Source of the DNA: Candidatus Poriferihabitaceae bacterium
GTDB lineage: Bacteria; Pseudomonadota; Gammaproteobacteria; Arenicellales; Poriferihabitantaceae
Direction of reading: 5' to 3'
NCBI GenBank assembly: GCA_965214625.1
Contig: OZ243962.1
Span: 91,326 to 155,325, forward strand
Length of the DNA stretch: 64,000 nt
A program made the translations under genes and the position numbers. Position 1 is the first letter of the stretch, and the number at the start of each line of letters is the position of its first letter. Shown in pieces: positions 43,046 through 53,720 of this stretch. Under the pieces are notes generated by a model. That model was not told the DNA's origin, searched no databases, and was given only the letters and a program-made list of their open reading frames with translations.

Positions 43046-44370
43046 CAACTCACAGTCTTTCAGCCTGGATTGGTGAACAACAGGTTGGCACCCTGAGCTT
43101 TCACGACGATACCGGACGCTTCTCTTTCGAATACGAACAGAGCTGGGTGACGAATAGCGACGCTTATCCAATCTCCCCCGCCCTCCCGTTTCGGCGTCCG
43201 GACGACCAAACGGATGAACTGCATTCGGTCAACGTACGCCGCTTCTTTGAGAATCTGCTGCCCGAAGGCAAAGCCCTGGAGGATGCGGCTGCAGCGCACA
43301 CGGTCTCAAAAGGCAACCTGTTTGGTCTGCTGCGCTGGCTGGGCCAGGAGAGTACAGGCGCGCTTGCCCTGTTGCCTGAAGGCACCCTGCCGGCCCGGGT
43401 TGAACCGATCGTGCGCGAAGTCGCCTTTGAAGAGCTCTCCGAGCGCATTCATGACCGGGCCAATCGTCCCTTCAATGTATGGGACGGCCGGGTACGCATG
43501 TCCATTGCCGGTTATCAGGATAAACTGGCGGTCTATGCTGCTGAGGGAGGAAAACTGTCCCTGGTGGAAGGCCGGCTGGCTTCGACGCATATCCTCAAGC
43601 CGGAGCCGATGAACCCAAAGCTATCCAGGCTGGTGGCCAATGAGCACTTTTGCTTGAAGCTGGCTGCCGCACTCGGTATACCCTCGGCCGAGGTAGAGAT
43701 TCTACGAGCACCGGAGCCGGTACTGATGGTCAAACGCTTCGACCGCACCAAACACGACCGCCATGTCGAGCGTTTACATGCGGTGGATAGCTGCCAGGTG
43801 CTCAATCTCAGCGTCAACCACAAGTATGAACGCAATTTCGGCAGTGGGCGTGATGTCGCCACTATTCGGGACGGCGTCAGTTTCGAGAAGCTCTTCTCCA
43901 TCGCTCCGCTCACCCTGTCTCAAGCGGCCACGCGCATGGCACTGATCCGTTGGGCGATCCTGCAATACCTGATCGGCAATAGTGATGCCCATGGCAAAAA
44001 TATCTCGTTTCTGGTCGAGCCGGGTGGCCTACGCCTCGCCCCTGCTTACGACCTGGTTTCGGTGTGCATCTACCCGGATATCGAACACGAATTTGCCATG
44101 GCCATCGGTGACGAGTTCGACATGACTAAAGTCCGCGCCTTTGATTGGGCAGACTTTTCCGACCGCTGTGGCATAGAACGCCGCCTTCTGGTGCGTGAGA
44201 TGAACCGGATGATCAAAGTGATCAGAATCCAGCTACCGACATTACTATCTCTACCCAATTACATTGAGGAAGAGCACGCCATGCTGCAGAAGATCTCGGA
44301 CATGGCCCTGCAACAGGCTGAGCGACTGGAAATCGATGCGAAAATGATTGCGAAAGTGGTCATTGAATAG
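43042..44370 (+). CDS. hipA: HipA-family Ser/Thr kinase toxin
   Basis: FFENLLPEG, MSIAGYQDK, HILKP, NEHFC, KRFDR, GNSDAHGKNIS, LAPAYD; all intact. Confidence 0.93.
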   Translation: MTTHSLSAWIGEQQVGTLSFHDDTGRFSFEYEQSWVTNSDAYPISPALPFRRPDDQTDELHSVNVRRFFENLLPEGKALEDAAAAHTVSKGNLFGLLRWLGQESTGALALLPEGTLPARVEPIVREVAFEELSERIHDRANRPFNVWDGRVRMSIAGYQDKLAVYAAEGGKLSLVEGRLASTHILKPEPMNPKLSRLVANEHFCLKLAAALGIPSAEVEILRAPEPVLMVKRFDRTKHDRHVERLHAVDSCQVLNLSVNHKYERNFGSGRDVATIRDGVSFEKLFSIAPLTLSQAATRMALIRWAILQYLIGNSDAHGKNISFLVEPGGLRLAPAYDLVSVCIYPDIEHEFAMAIGDEFDMTKVRAFDWADFSDRCGIERRLLVREMNRMIKVIRIQLPTLLSLPNYIEEEHAMLQKISDMALQQAERLEIDAKMIAKVVIE

Positions 44371-44587
44371 AAGCTGGTGCAGCTTCAGCCCGTTCCAATG
44401 AGCGAGTCCAGATGATCCGCCATTTCTGATCGGCCCGATTCGTGCTCCCAGCCCCCCGACCCCCCGGAAATGAAGTGAAATCATGCCTTGATTAGGCTAT
44501 CCTTCGAGACAGTGTTGTCGATGATATCATTCCCCTTGTTGTCGATTCACCACCCCCAAATCTGAAAAACCCTACAGCGCAAGTCCC

Positions 44588-44808
44588 TCCTGTACTACAT
44601 CCTGTACTACTACAGTGTTCTGGCAGATAGAGATTTGGTATCCTGTAATGTTGCTATGGGTATCCTCTTGAATTAATGTCAGTTTGTCCGACGAAACGGA
44701 AAAAAGTGTAGGTTGTAATCTTTCGCAAAATTTACACCAGAAAGATCTACACTTCAACCTATAATTTTTTGTGAGATTGGATGATATTTCGTGAGACTCA
44801 ATGAGACT
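44588..44808. repeat. Cluster of short phased repeats (integrase arm-site-like)
   Basis: TCCTGTACTAC x2 (44588, 44600); IR AAAAAGTGTAGGTTG/CAACCTATAATTTTT (44701, 44755); TTTACACC/TCTACACT; RTGAGAYT at 44771, 44791, 44801. Confidence 0.6.
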
Positions 44809-44869
44809 TTAAGAAACGGCACAAAAACGATAAATACTTAAAAATCAATAAGTAGAGCAGCGTAATGGC

Positions 44870-47461
44870 ATGAGTTTATTAAAAAAAAAGGAACAACATA
44901 CACCAATGATTCGTCAGTATTTGACGATCAAGGCAGATTATCCCGACACATTGCTGTTTTACCGCATGGGCGATTTTTATGAACTGTTCTATGATGATGC
45001 CGAAAAAGCCTCGGCACTACTCGATATTACGCTGACCGCCCGGGGCAAGTCGGGTGGCACCGAGATACCGATGGCCGGTGTCCCAGTGCACAGTGTTGAT
45101 CAATACCTGGCCAGGCTGGTCAAGCGCAATATGACTATTGCCATCTGCGAACAGATCGGCGATCCCGGTACGACAAAGGGGCCGGTGGAACGAAAAGTAG
45201 TCAGAGTCCTGACACCGGGAACACTGACGGAAGAAAATCTCCTGGCAGATCGTCAGGAAAATCTCACCGCCGCGATTTTCGAACATCACAATCAGATCGG
45301 TATTGCCACTCTTGAAATTTCCAGTGGTCGCTTTCGTGGTATTGAGGTGCCCCACATTGATCAACTCCCGGAGGAAATGGAACGTCTTCAGGCAGCAGAA
45401 ATTGTGGTGGCCCAGAATCAGCATGGGCTGTTTGACCAGCAATGGGAAAAACCACTCCCTGACTGGTATTTTGATACCACCCGAACCACCCGAGTACTTT
45501 GTGAAACCTTTGCAACCCAGAATCTTGAGGCATTTGAAAGCAGCCAATTTCCGTTAGCTACCCGGGCGGCCGGCGCACTGGTGCAGTATATCCGCGATCT
45601 TCATGATCAAAAAACACCGCATATCCGATCGATCAAATACGAAAGACATGACACCACGATCATCATCGATGCCGTGACACGTCGGAATCTGGAACTGGAC
45701 AGCAACCAAAGTGGCACGACGGATAATACACTCATAAAGCTGTTTGACCATTGTGCGACCCCAATGGGTGCACGTATGTTGAAACGATGGTTTAGCAGTC
45801 CGATCCGGGACCGTGAAAAACTGCAATGCCGGCACAACGCCATCGACTGGCTACTGACTGATCAACGGTATGTCGATCTCCAGCCGCTGCTAAAGCAAAT
45901 TGGTGATCTGGAACGCATTGTTGCCCGGGTTGCGATGAAAACGGCCCGCCCGAGAGATTTGTTGCGGTTGCGCTACGCATTGGAAATCACACCCAAACTG
46001 GTCTCTTGTCTCGAGAGTACCTCATCACGGATCATTCGCTGTCTGTTGCCATCACTGCAGATTGATCCGATGCATTTGACACTGTTGGTCCGTGCGATCA
46101 GGGAAAACCCGCCGAGCACGATTCGCGATGGCGGCATGTTGAGAGATGATTACGACAGTGAACTCAAGGCGCTGCGTCATCTGCAGCGCGATTCAAGCGA
46201 GTTTCTGCTTGAACTCGAAACAAGGGAGCGGGAAAAAACCGGCGTTGCCAACCTCAAGGTAAAGTACAACCGGGTACACGGTTACTATATAGAACTGCCA
46301 CGCGCCCATGCCGAGAAAGTCCCCACAGGCTATATACGCAGACAAACGATCAAGCACGCCGAACGTTTCATTACAGAAGAACTTAAGTTGTTTGAAGACA
46401 GGATATTGAGTGCCAAAGGCAAGGCACTGGCAAGAGAAAAGTGGCTGTATAATGCATTGCTTGAAATCCTGATCCCGCATGTTGATGTCTTGTTGCAATG
46501 TGCGGGGGCCCTGGCAGAACTGGATGTATTGAACAACCTGGCAGAACGTGCCCAGAGTTTGAATTTGAGTCGTCCAGTCTATAGTAAGGCCAGTCTCATC
46601 GAAATCAGGGAAGGACGGCATCCGATCGTCGAAAAGATGCTTAGCGGAAAGTTTATTGCGAATTCGACGAAATTAGATCACGAACAACGGGTACAGATCA
46701 TTACCGGGCCCAATATGGGTGGTAAAAGCACCTATATGCGGCAGGTAGCCGTGACCACCCTGCTGGCCCATACGGGGTCTTATGTCCCAGCTACTTCCGC
46801 CACTTTCGGACCGATCGACCGGATATTTACACGCATCGGGGCATCCGATGACATCGCCAGTGGTCGCTCAACTTTCATGGTGGAAATGACCGAGATGGCT
46901 CATATTCTGCGTAATGCAACGGAACACAGTCTAGTGCTGGTGGACGAAATCGGGCGGGGAACAAGTACATTCGACGGTCTTGCGCTGGCCTGGGCCTGTG
47001 CCAGCGATCTTGCCACAAGAGTGAACGCTTTTGTTCTGTTCTCGACCCACTACTTTGAAATAACGGCACTTGCCGATCAACTCGACAATGTGAGTAATGT
47101 GCACCTGGATGCAGCAGAGCATGGCAATGAGGTCGTTTTTCTTTATAGTGTGCAGTCAGGTCCGGCAAATCAAAGTTATGGTTTGCAGGTGGCGAGATTA
47201 GCCGGTGTGCCGAATAAAGTGATCGAGATGTCCCGAAGTCGATTGAAAGAACTTGAAAAACAGTATGCGGGTAAGATGGAAATCACAACTCGGAATGACT
47301 TCTCCCAATCTAACCTGTTTGCAGAAAGTCGCCCGGAAGAACAGGCAGTTATCGCACGACTAGGTACGGTTTCTCCTGACAAGACATCCCCTCGGGAGGC
47401 GCTTGATCTGCTGTATGAGTTAAATGAGTTGCTGGCAGGTCATCTGACAGATAAACACTAG
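44870..47461 (+). CDS. mutS: DNA mismatch repair protein MutS
   Basis: [43 protein letters not shown]. Confidence 0.98.
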   Translation: MSLLKKKEQHTPMIRQYLTIKADYPDTLLFYRMGDFYELFYDDAEKASALLDITLTARGKSGGTEIPMAGVPVHSVDQYLARLVKRNMTIAICEQIGDPGTTKGPVERKVVRVLTPGTLTEENLLADRQENLTAAIFEHHNQIGIATLEISSGRFRGIEVPHIDQLPEEMERLQAAEIVVAQNQHGLFDQQWEKPLPDWYFDTTRTTRVLCETFATQNLEAFESSQFPLATRAAGALVQYIRDLHDQKTPHIRSIKYERHDTTIIIDAVTRRNLELDSNQSGTTDNTLIKLFDHCATPMGARMLKRWFSSPIRDREKLQCRHNAIDWLLTDQRYVDLQPLLKQIGDLERIVARVAMKTARPRDLLRLRYALEITPKLVSCLESTSSRIIRCLLPSLQIDPMHLTLLVRAIRENPPSTIRDGGMLRDDYDSELKALRHLQRDSSEFLLELETREREKTGVANLKVKYNRVHGYYIELPRAHAEKVPTGYIRRQTIKHAERFITEELKLFEDRILSAKGKALAREKWLYNALLEILIPHVDVLLQCAGALAELDVLNNLAERAQSLNLSRPVYSKASLIEIREGRHPIVEKMLSGKFIANSTKLDHEQRVQIITGPNMGGKSTYMRQVAVTTLLAHTGSYVPATSATFGPIDRIFTRIGASDDIASGRSTFMVEMTEMAHILRNATEHSLVLVDEIGRGTSTFDGLALAWACASDLATRVNAFVLFSTHYFEITALADQLDNVSNVHLDAAEHGNEVVFLYSVQSGPANQSYGLQVARLAGVPNKVIEMSRSRLKELEKQYAGKMEITTRNDFSQSNLFAESRPEEQAVIARLGTVSPDKTSPREALDLLYELNELLAGHLTDKH

Positions 47462-47768
47462 GCAACCACAGTGCCCGAATGTCTTATTCAACCAAAGGCA
47501 CATCAGGAGAACATGGTCACGTGGTGTCCACTACCACACCGGAGACCTCCCACCCGGCAAGGCCGACGGTCCCAAAATATTGACCGATGCAGGCATGCCT
47601 GCATCTCTCGCCTGACCACAGGACCTGTAACCCTAACGCCTGATCTTTCGGCTGGACGGATCGATCATCCTGCAAACCGAATAGGATAGGGAAGTGTGGT
47701 GGGGGCGATCTTCAAAATCAAACGACCCGCTTCTTTTGTTTTGTCAGTATTTGCACCTGAAGCAATCC

Positions 47769-47963
47769 TCATGATGGGTTATTGATCTCCCGATTCGATC
47801 CGAACTTCTGTTTCACTGGCCTGGCGAGCTTCTCAATTGTTCCCTTTGTTGGGCGCATGATCTTCAAATCCTCCCGGACAATCTCGTCATTGTATTTCAT
47901 CAAAGCCGTGGTCATTCGATGATATTCGTTCCAAATTGTACAGCCGGTCATTTTCATGTCCAT
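47769..47963 (-). CDS. Small hypothetical protein, weakly CsbD-like
   Basis: WNE…KY.EI..EDL…KG..EKL…VKQKFG..RE pattern recalls CsbD; not verified. Confidence 0.25.
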   Translation of the reverse strand: MDMKMTGCTIWNEYHRMTTALMKYNDEIVREDLKIMRPTKGTIEKLARPVKQKFGSNREINNPS

Positions 47964-48277
47964 TCGATAACGTCCGCTTGTGTTGTTTGACGCGGATGCT
48001 TTCTTGCTTGCGGTGATTCAATTATCGTGACACAAAGGCGATATGGTTTTAAGCATAACAAGAGCGAGGAAGGTGATTCTCCCGGCTCCTGTCCATCTGT
48101 TTTGAACCAAGACGGAAACATTCTGCGGTGTCATCGGATTGACACCCGTTTCGTGCGGTGAGTGTTTGACTGAACCGTCTTCAAATATCGTGTTAAAAGT
48201 ACCTTGTATCTCTGTACCTGATGCGCCAGAGTCAATACAATACATGCCCGTTTGTATTGAAATTTGGAGCGCTGTGA

Positions 48278-48601
48278 ATGACCTATGTGGTTGTTGAATC
48301 GTGTATTCGTTGCAAGTATACCGATTGTGTCGAAGTCTGCCCGGTGGATTGTTTTCATGAAGGCCCGAATTATCTGGTCATTGATCCGGAGGAATGCATT
48401 GATTGCAGTTTATGTGAACCAGAATGCCCGGTCGATGCGATTTACTCGGAAGATGAGTTGCCAGAGCACCAACAGCACTTTCTTGAACTGAACACTGAAC
48501 TCAGTCAAATCTGGCCGGTCATTACCGAAATGAAGCCTGCCCCGGAAGACGCCGCGGAATGGGAGAATGTGACGGACAAACTCGAATATCTGGAGCGCTA
48601 G
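48278..48601 (+). CDS. fdxA: 7Fe ferredoxin FdxA
   Basis: [17 protein letters not shown]…[12 protein letters not shown]. Confidence 0.95.
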   Translation: MTYVVVESCIRCKYTDCVEVCPVDCFHEGPNYLVIDPEECIDCSLCEPECPVDAIYSEDELPEHQQHFLELNTELSQIWPVITEMKPAPEDAAEWENVTDKLEYLER

Positions 48602-48834
48602 CTCAACTGCTTGGACTGGCTGGAACACTGTTTGTTTGATTTTTGTACCGTGGGTCTGTGGGCATATGTGAATACGGCTTGTCGTTATGCCTGACAAACA
48701 GTCACAGTGACGCCTTCCAATCCTCTGATTCCCGTCCTTGTGACTGGGTCACCAATTCCTATAGTGTCCATCAACGCTATTTCTGATGACATCACAATGG
48801 TTGCTGGTCCCGTAGTGATCCAATTTTGACGCCG

Positions 48835-51468
48835 ATGAGACATGACAACAATTCCGCGGTCTATCTGAAAGATTACCGACCACCCGATCACCGGATCGAG
48901 ACGACACGACTCGATATCTGCCTTGATTTTGAAACGACCCTTGTCCATGCCACCCATCAGGTGATCAGGCAGAACAAGGATGTTGATACATTGGTGCTTG
49001 ACTGCGAATTGATGGAAATCGAATCGGTTACCATTAACGACCGACTGCTCGAAGACAATGTATATTTCCAAAATAATCACCGCCTTTTTATTCATTGTCA
49101 GGCTGATCAATTCAAGCTGGATATTGTCAATCGGATCAATCCATCGGCAAATACCGCGCTAAGTGGACTATACCAGTCCGGCGACCTATTGTGCACACAG
49201 TGTGAAGCCGAGGGTTTTCGCCGAATTACACCTGCCGTTGACAGACCAGACAACCTGACAAAGTACACGGTGACATTGCGTGCCGATAACCAACATTTCC
49301 CGGTTCTGCTTTGCAACGGGAACCTGGTCGAAAGCGGTGTTTGTGGCAAAAAACAGGGTCATTTTGCAACTTGGCATGATCCCTTCCCGAAACCCACCTA
49401 CCTGTTTGCGATTGTTGCTGGAAAATTGGCGTGTCTTGAGGATGAGTTTATAACCCGTCGGGGAAAAAGGGTGAATCTGAAATTTCTGGCACGTCATCAG
49501 GATATCAGCAAATGCCATCATGCGATGACCTCCCTGAAAAAAGCAATGCGATGGGATGAGGAAGTATACGGCAGGGAATATGACCTTGAGCTGTTCCATG
49601 TTGTCGCAGTGAATGATTTCAATATGGGTGCCATGGAAAACAAGAGCCTGAATATCTTTAATACCAAGTATGTTCTGGCTGATTCGAAGATGGCAACAGA
49701 TACCGACTTTCAACATGTTGAGAGTGTCATTGCCCATGAATACTTTCATAACTGGTCAGGGAATCGGGTCACTTGCCGTGACTGGTTCCAGTTGAGCCTC
49801 AAAGAAGGTTTTACGGTATTTCGGGATCAGGAATTCAGTGCCGACATGGGTTCAAGAGGGGTTACACGCATCGATGATGTGAATCTGCTGCGCATCCATC
49901 AATTCAAAGAAGATGCCGGACCCATGGCCCACCCGGTTCGTCCCGAGTCCTATCAGGAGATCAACAATTTTTATACCGCAACCGTCTATAACAAAGGCGC
50001 CGAAGTGGTGCGGATGCTGCAAACGCTGATCGGAAGGACGCAATTCCGGCGAGGATGTGACCTGTATTTCTCCCGTCATGACGGGCAGGCGGTCACAACG
50101 GATGATTTTGTGGCCTGTATGGAGCAGGTCAGTGGCCAGGAGATGTGCCAGTTCAAACGTTGGTACAGCCAATCAGGGACACCGGTAGTGAGTGTCGACA
50201 TCGATTATACTGCCGACCGAGGCAGACTGGTCATTACGCTCAAGCAAACCTGTCCGCCCACCCCCGACCAGGCTGAGAAAAAGCCTTTTGTGATACCCGT
50301 TTCAATGGCGATTCTCGATCATTCCGGAAATAAAATTTCACTGAGAGGGGGTGAAACAGAAATCACGCTGGTATTGAGAGAATCGCGACAGAAATTTGTT
50401 TTCGAAGAGATTGATCAGGTACCGTACGTCGCCTCTTTGCTGCGGGGCTTCAGTGCCCCCGTCAAATTGAATCATGCCCCAAGTGAGCGGCAACTTGCCT
50501 TTCTGGTTATCCATGATGACGACCCGTTCAATCGCTGGGAAGCGAGACAACAGCTTTTATTGAAAGAGATTCTGTTGAATATTGAGAAAGTTCAATCCGG
50601 GGAGCCATTCATCCTCAACGACATCGTTCTGGAAGTCTTTGATCAGATCATGGATGACACAACAACGGATCCGATGTTACTGGCCCAGTTGTGGACCTTG
50701 CCGACCATCTCCTATATCGAGCAGTCGCTGGACAAAGTCGACCCAATCGCAATTGCAAAAGCCAGGAACCATCTCAATAAATCCATTGCCCAAGTGATGA
50801 AATCTCGCCTTATCGATCGTTATGGCCAGTGCCAGCAACGGAACAAGGGGCAATTCAATGTGCAGGAGGTTTCGGCCCGTGCCTTACGTGATGCCTGTTT
50901 GCGGTTTCTATGCATTCTTGATGATCCTGATGTCCATCAACTGGCCATTGACCAGTTAAAAAAACCCAAGTGCATGACGGATTCCTCATCGGCATTATCG
51001 GTCATTGCTCAGAGCAGTCATGATCAAAAAGACAATCTGCTTGACGGGTTCTATCAACAATGGAAAGAAGAACCACTGGTCATTGATCTCTGGCTACGCA
51101 GTCAGGCGGTGGCGGTTCATCACAATACGCTAAATACGGTCAAACAGCTGACCGAACATCCCGGGTTCAATCATCTGAATCCGAACAAGGTTTATTCACT
51201 GATTATGGGTTTCACGCACGGCAATCCGGAATGTTTTCATGCTGAAGACGGCAGTGGGTATCAGTTTCTGGTTGAATGGGTACAACGACTGGACCCGGTC
51301 AATCCACAGGTTTCGGCAAGACTGGTTTCCGGACTGATCTACTGGAATCGTTTCGAGTCGACTTATGGCGATCAGATGCGCACTCAGCTGCAACAGGTTG
51401 CAGACAGCACTGATCTATCGAACGATGTTGCGGAACTTGTCAGAAAAAGCTTGCCTCAACGCAACTGA
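48835..51468 (+). CDS. pepN: Aminopeptidase N
   Basis: TQCEAEGFRRI, GAMENK, HEYFHNW, LKEGFT, VYNKGAEV. Confidence 0.97.
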   Translation: MRHDNNSAVYLKDYRPPDHRIETTRLDICLDFETTLVHATHQVIRQNKDVDTLVLDCELMEIESVTINDRLLEDNVYFQNNHRLFIHCQADQFKLDIVNRINPSANTALSGLYQSGDLLCTQCEAEGFRRITPAVDRPDNLTKYTVTLRADNQHFPVLLCNGNLVESGVCGKKQGHFATWHDPFPKPTYLFAIVAGKLACLEDEFITRRGKRVNLKFLARHQDISKCHHAMTSLKKAMRWDEEVYGREYDLELFHVVAVNDFNMGAMENKSLNIFNTKYVLADSKMATDTDFQHVESVIAHEYFHNWSGNRVTCRDWFQLSLKEGFTVFRDQEFSADMGSRGVTRIDDVNLLRIHQFKEDAGPMAHPVRPESYQEINNFYTATVYNKGAEVVRMLQTLIGRTQFRRGCDLYFSRHDGQAVTTDDFVACMEQVSGQEMCQFKRWYSQSGTPVVSVDIDYTADRGRLVITLKQTCPPTPDQAEKKPFVIPVSMAILDHSGNKISLRGGETEITLVLRESRQKFVFEEIDQVPYVASLLRGFSAPVKLNHAPSERQLAFLVIHDDDPFNRWEARQQLLLKEILLNIEKVQSGEPFILNDIVLEVFDQIMDDTTTDPMLLAQLWTLPTISYIEQSLDKVDPIAIAKARNHLNKSIAQVMKSRLIDRYGQCQQRNKGQFNVQEVSARALRDACLRFLCILDDPDVHQLAIDQLKKPKCMTDSSSALSVIAQSSHDQKDNLLDGFYQQWKEEPLVIDLWLRSQAVAVHHNTLNTVKQLTEHPGFNHLNPNKVYSLIMGFTHGNPECFHAEDGSGYQFLVEWVQRLDPVNPQVSARLVSGLIYWNRFESTYGDQMRTQLQQVADSTDLSNDVAELVRKSLPQRN

Positions 51469-51509
51469 TTGCCCGACCTGTTTGCCGTACAGGGTACTGC
51501 ATCAGTGCA

Positions 51510-52775
51510 TCAGCGGGCCAGTTGTTGTGCAACAAAAAGCTGGACTTTTTGTATCGCTCCTTTATTCTCTTCGATCAGTTCCCTGCCCTTTGAGCCATAC
51601 TGATGGCGTAAAACCGGATCATTAAGCAGCTTGATCATCACGTCACTTAATTCATCACTGCCGACAACTTGAATGCCGGCTCCCTTCGCTAACACCAGAT
51701 CTGCAATTTCAGAGAAATTATACATGTGTGGACCAAACACGACCGGTATGCCCGAGGCACTCGCCTCCAGTACATTGTGTCCTCCGGTTGGTACCAGGCT
51801 ACCTCCGATAAAAGCGACATCACTGGCCGCGATCAACAGCGTCAATTCTCCCATCGTATCGCCAATATAAATTTCAGTTTCAGGATCAATGCTGCTCGAG
51901 TCGGATCTTCGTGCAACCTGAAATCCACGACGGGCACATAACCGATAAACCGCCCTAAATCGCTCCGGGTGTCTTGGAACCAATACCAGCAATAATTGCG
52001 GGATGTGTTTCCTGACTTTAACAAGGGCCTCAATGATTTCAGCTTCCTCTCCCTCGTGAGTACTTCCGGCAACCCAGATTGGGCGTTCCCAACCCAGTTG
52101 CCTGCGGATGGACTGCGCAAGCTTAGACAGACTGGCCGGTATCGGCATGTCAAACTTGATATTTCCAGTCACTTGAACACGGTTGTTACGTGCACCCAGG
52201 CTGATCATACGCTGGGCATCAAACTCTGACTGGGCAGCAAAGAGATTGACCTTATCGAGAACCGGTCGAATAATGGCATTGAAACGCTGATAGCCGTTGA
52301 ACGAACGCTGGGACAGCCTCACATTGGTATAGATCATGGGGATGCCGAAACGATGGCAGGCAGTAATCAAATTCGGCCAAATCTCGGTTTCAATAATCAT
52401 CGCCAAAGCCGGTTGCACTGATTTTAAAAACCGCTTTACAGACCCGGGATAATCATAAGGCAGATAACAATGGTGAATGCGCTCATGAAATAATTGCTCA
52501 ATCCGGTTATATCCGGTCACCGTCATGGTGGTGACCGTAATGCTTCGTTCCGGATAGGTATCCAGCATATGCTCAATGAGGGCCGCCGAGGCATTTACCT
52601 CACCGACCGAAACCGAATGAATCCAGATGCCGCCTGGCTTGGGCTGAATCAGTCCGAACCCAAATCGTTGCGGCAAACGGGCAAGATATTGCCGATTTTG
52701 AATTATTCTTATCAGCATGCGGAGCCACACAACCGGCAGCACAAGATATAAGAAAATTCGATAGAATATCAACAT
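51510..52775 (-). CDS. waaA: Kdo transferase WaaA
   Basis: WIHSVSVGE, ETEIWPN, GSTHEGEE, VPRHPERF, GGHNVLE. Confidence 0.95.
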   Translation of the reverse strand: MLIFYRIFLYLVLPVVWLRMLIRIIQNRQYLARLPQRFGFGLIQPKPGGIWIHSVSVGEVNASAALIEHMLDTYPERSITVTTMTVTGYNRIEQLFHERIHHCYLPYDYPGSVKRFLKSVQPALAMIIETEIWPNLITACHRFGIPMIYTNVRLSQRSFNGYQRFNAIIRPVLDKVNLFAAQSEFDAQRMISLGARNNRVQVTGNIKFDMPIPASLSKLAQSIRRQLGWERPIWVAGSTHEGEEAEIIEALVKVRKHIPQLLLVLVPRHPERFRAVYRLCARRGFQVARRSDSSSIDPETEIYIGDTMGELTLLIAASDVAFIGGSLVPTGGHNVLEASASGIPVVFGPHMYNFSEIADLVLAKGAGIQVVGSDELSDVMIKLLNDPVLRHQYGSKGRELIEENKGAIQKVQLFVAQQLAR

Positions 52776-52776
52776 G

Positions 52777-53718
52777 TCAAATCGGTCTTTCCGCCAGCCA
52801 GTCTCGCGGTCTGAGGTAAACATCGGTCAACTCGCCTTCTCGGGTATCCGGTTCGGGCGCCCAGGCATATCGCCATTGCACGGTGGGTGGCATGGACATT
52901 AATATGGATTCGGTTCGTCCTCCGGATTGCAATCCAAACAAGGTTCCTCGGTCATACACCAGATTGAATTCGACATAGCGACCTCTTCGATAACACTGAA
53001 ATTGCCTTTCCGCCTCCGTATAGGGATGCCCTTTTCGTCGATCAACAATCGGACCGTAAGCGACGGTAAAGCTGTTGGCGACACTTTTCACGAAGTCAAG
53101 TGTCCGCGAAAAAGGCCATATATTGAGATCATCGAAAAACAACCCGCCAATCCCTCTCGACTCCTGTCGATGGGCCAGATAGAAATACTCGTCACACCAC
53201 GCCTTGTACTTCTCGTACAGGCCATTACCAAACGGGTCACAGGCCGACTTGGCGGTTTGATGCCAGTGCACGCAGTCCTTGACGAATCCATAGCAAGGCG
53301 TCAGATCATACCCGCCTCCAAACCACCATGTCGGCGAATCGGAATAGGGGTCGGCGATGAAGAAGCGTACATTCATGTGCACTGTGGGAACATAGGGATT
53401 GAGTGGATGCAAAACCACAGAAACTCCCGTGGCCTCGAAAGCCTTTTGTGCTATCTGCTTGCGTTTCGTACTGGCGGATTTCGGCAGGTGGTCGCCTTTG
53501 ACATGTGAAAAATTGACCCCTCCCTTTTCAAAGACAGCCACCTCCCGCAACACACGGGTCACCCCTCCTCCACCATTGTTGTGAGACCAGACATCCTCAA
53601 CAAACCGGTTCTCATGATCAATCGCAGTGACAAAATCGCAAATTGTTTCCTGCAGTCCCTTGAAATACCTAATCACCTGTTGGATATCCGGAAGATCCGT
53701 TGCGGCGGAGTTGATCAT
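52777..53718 (-). CDS. hemF: Oxygen-dependent coproporphyrinogen III oxidase
   Basis: EKGGVNFSHV, WWFGGGYDLTP, RRGRYVEFNL, GGRTESILMS. Confidence 0.97.
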   Translation of the reverse strand: MINSAATDLPDIQQVIRYFKGLQETICDFVTAIDHENRFVEDVWSHNNGGGGVTRVLREVAVFEKGGVNFSHVKGDHLPKSASTKRKQIAQKAFEATGVSVVLHPLNPYVPTVHMNVRFFIADPYSDSPTWWFGGGYDLTPCYGFVKDCVHWHQTAKSACDPFGNGLYEKYKAWCDEYFYLAHRQESRGIGGLFFDDLNIWPFSRTLDFVKSVANSFTVAYGPIVDRRKGHPYTEAERQFQCYRRGRYVEFNLVYDRGTLFGLQSGGRTESILMSMPPTVQWRYAWAPEPDTREGELTDVYLRPRDWLAERPI

Positions 53719-53720
53719 GG

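Larger units (their letters stand above)
41834..44914. mobile_element. Degenerate mutS-integrated genomic island (no integrase) carrying hipBA
   Basis: Imperfect direct repeats CACACGCCAATGATGCG (41834-41850) and CATACACCAATGATTCG (44897-44913), shared core CCAATGAT; AlpA and IS4 remnants, TA module, arm-like repeats. Confidence 0.75.

Noticed and set aside
48740-48752. matS-like GTGACTGGGTCAC, plus GTGAC-N4-GTCAC at about 2693 and 40392
   Set aside because: None fits GTGACRNYGTCAC; too few copies; found post hoc
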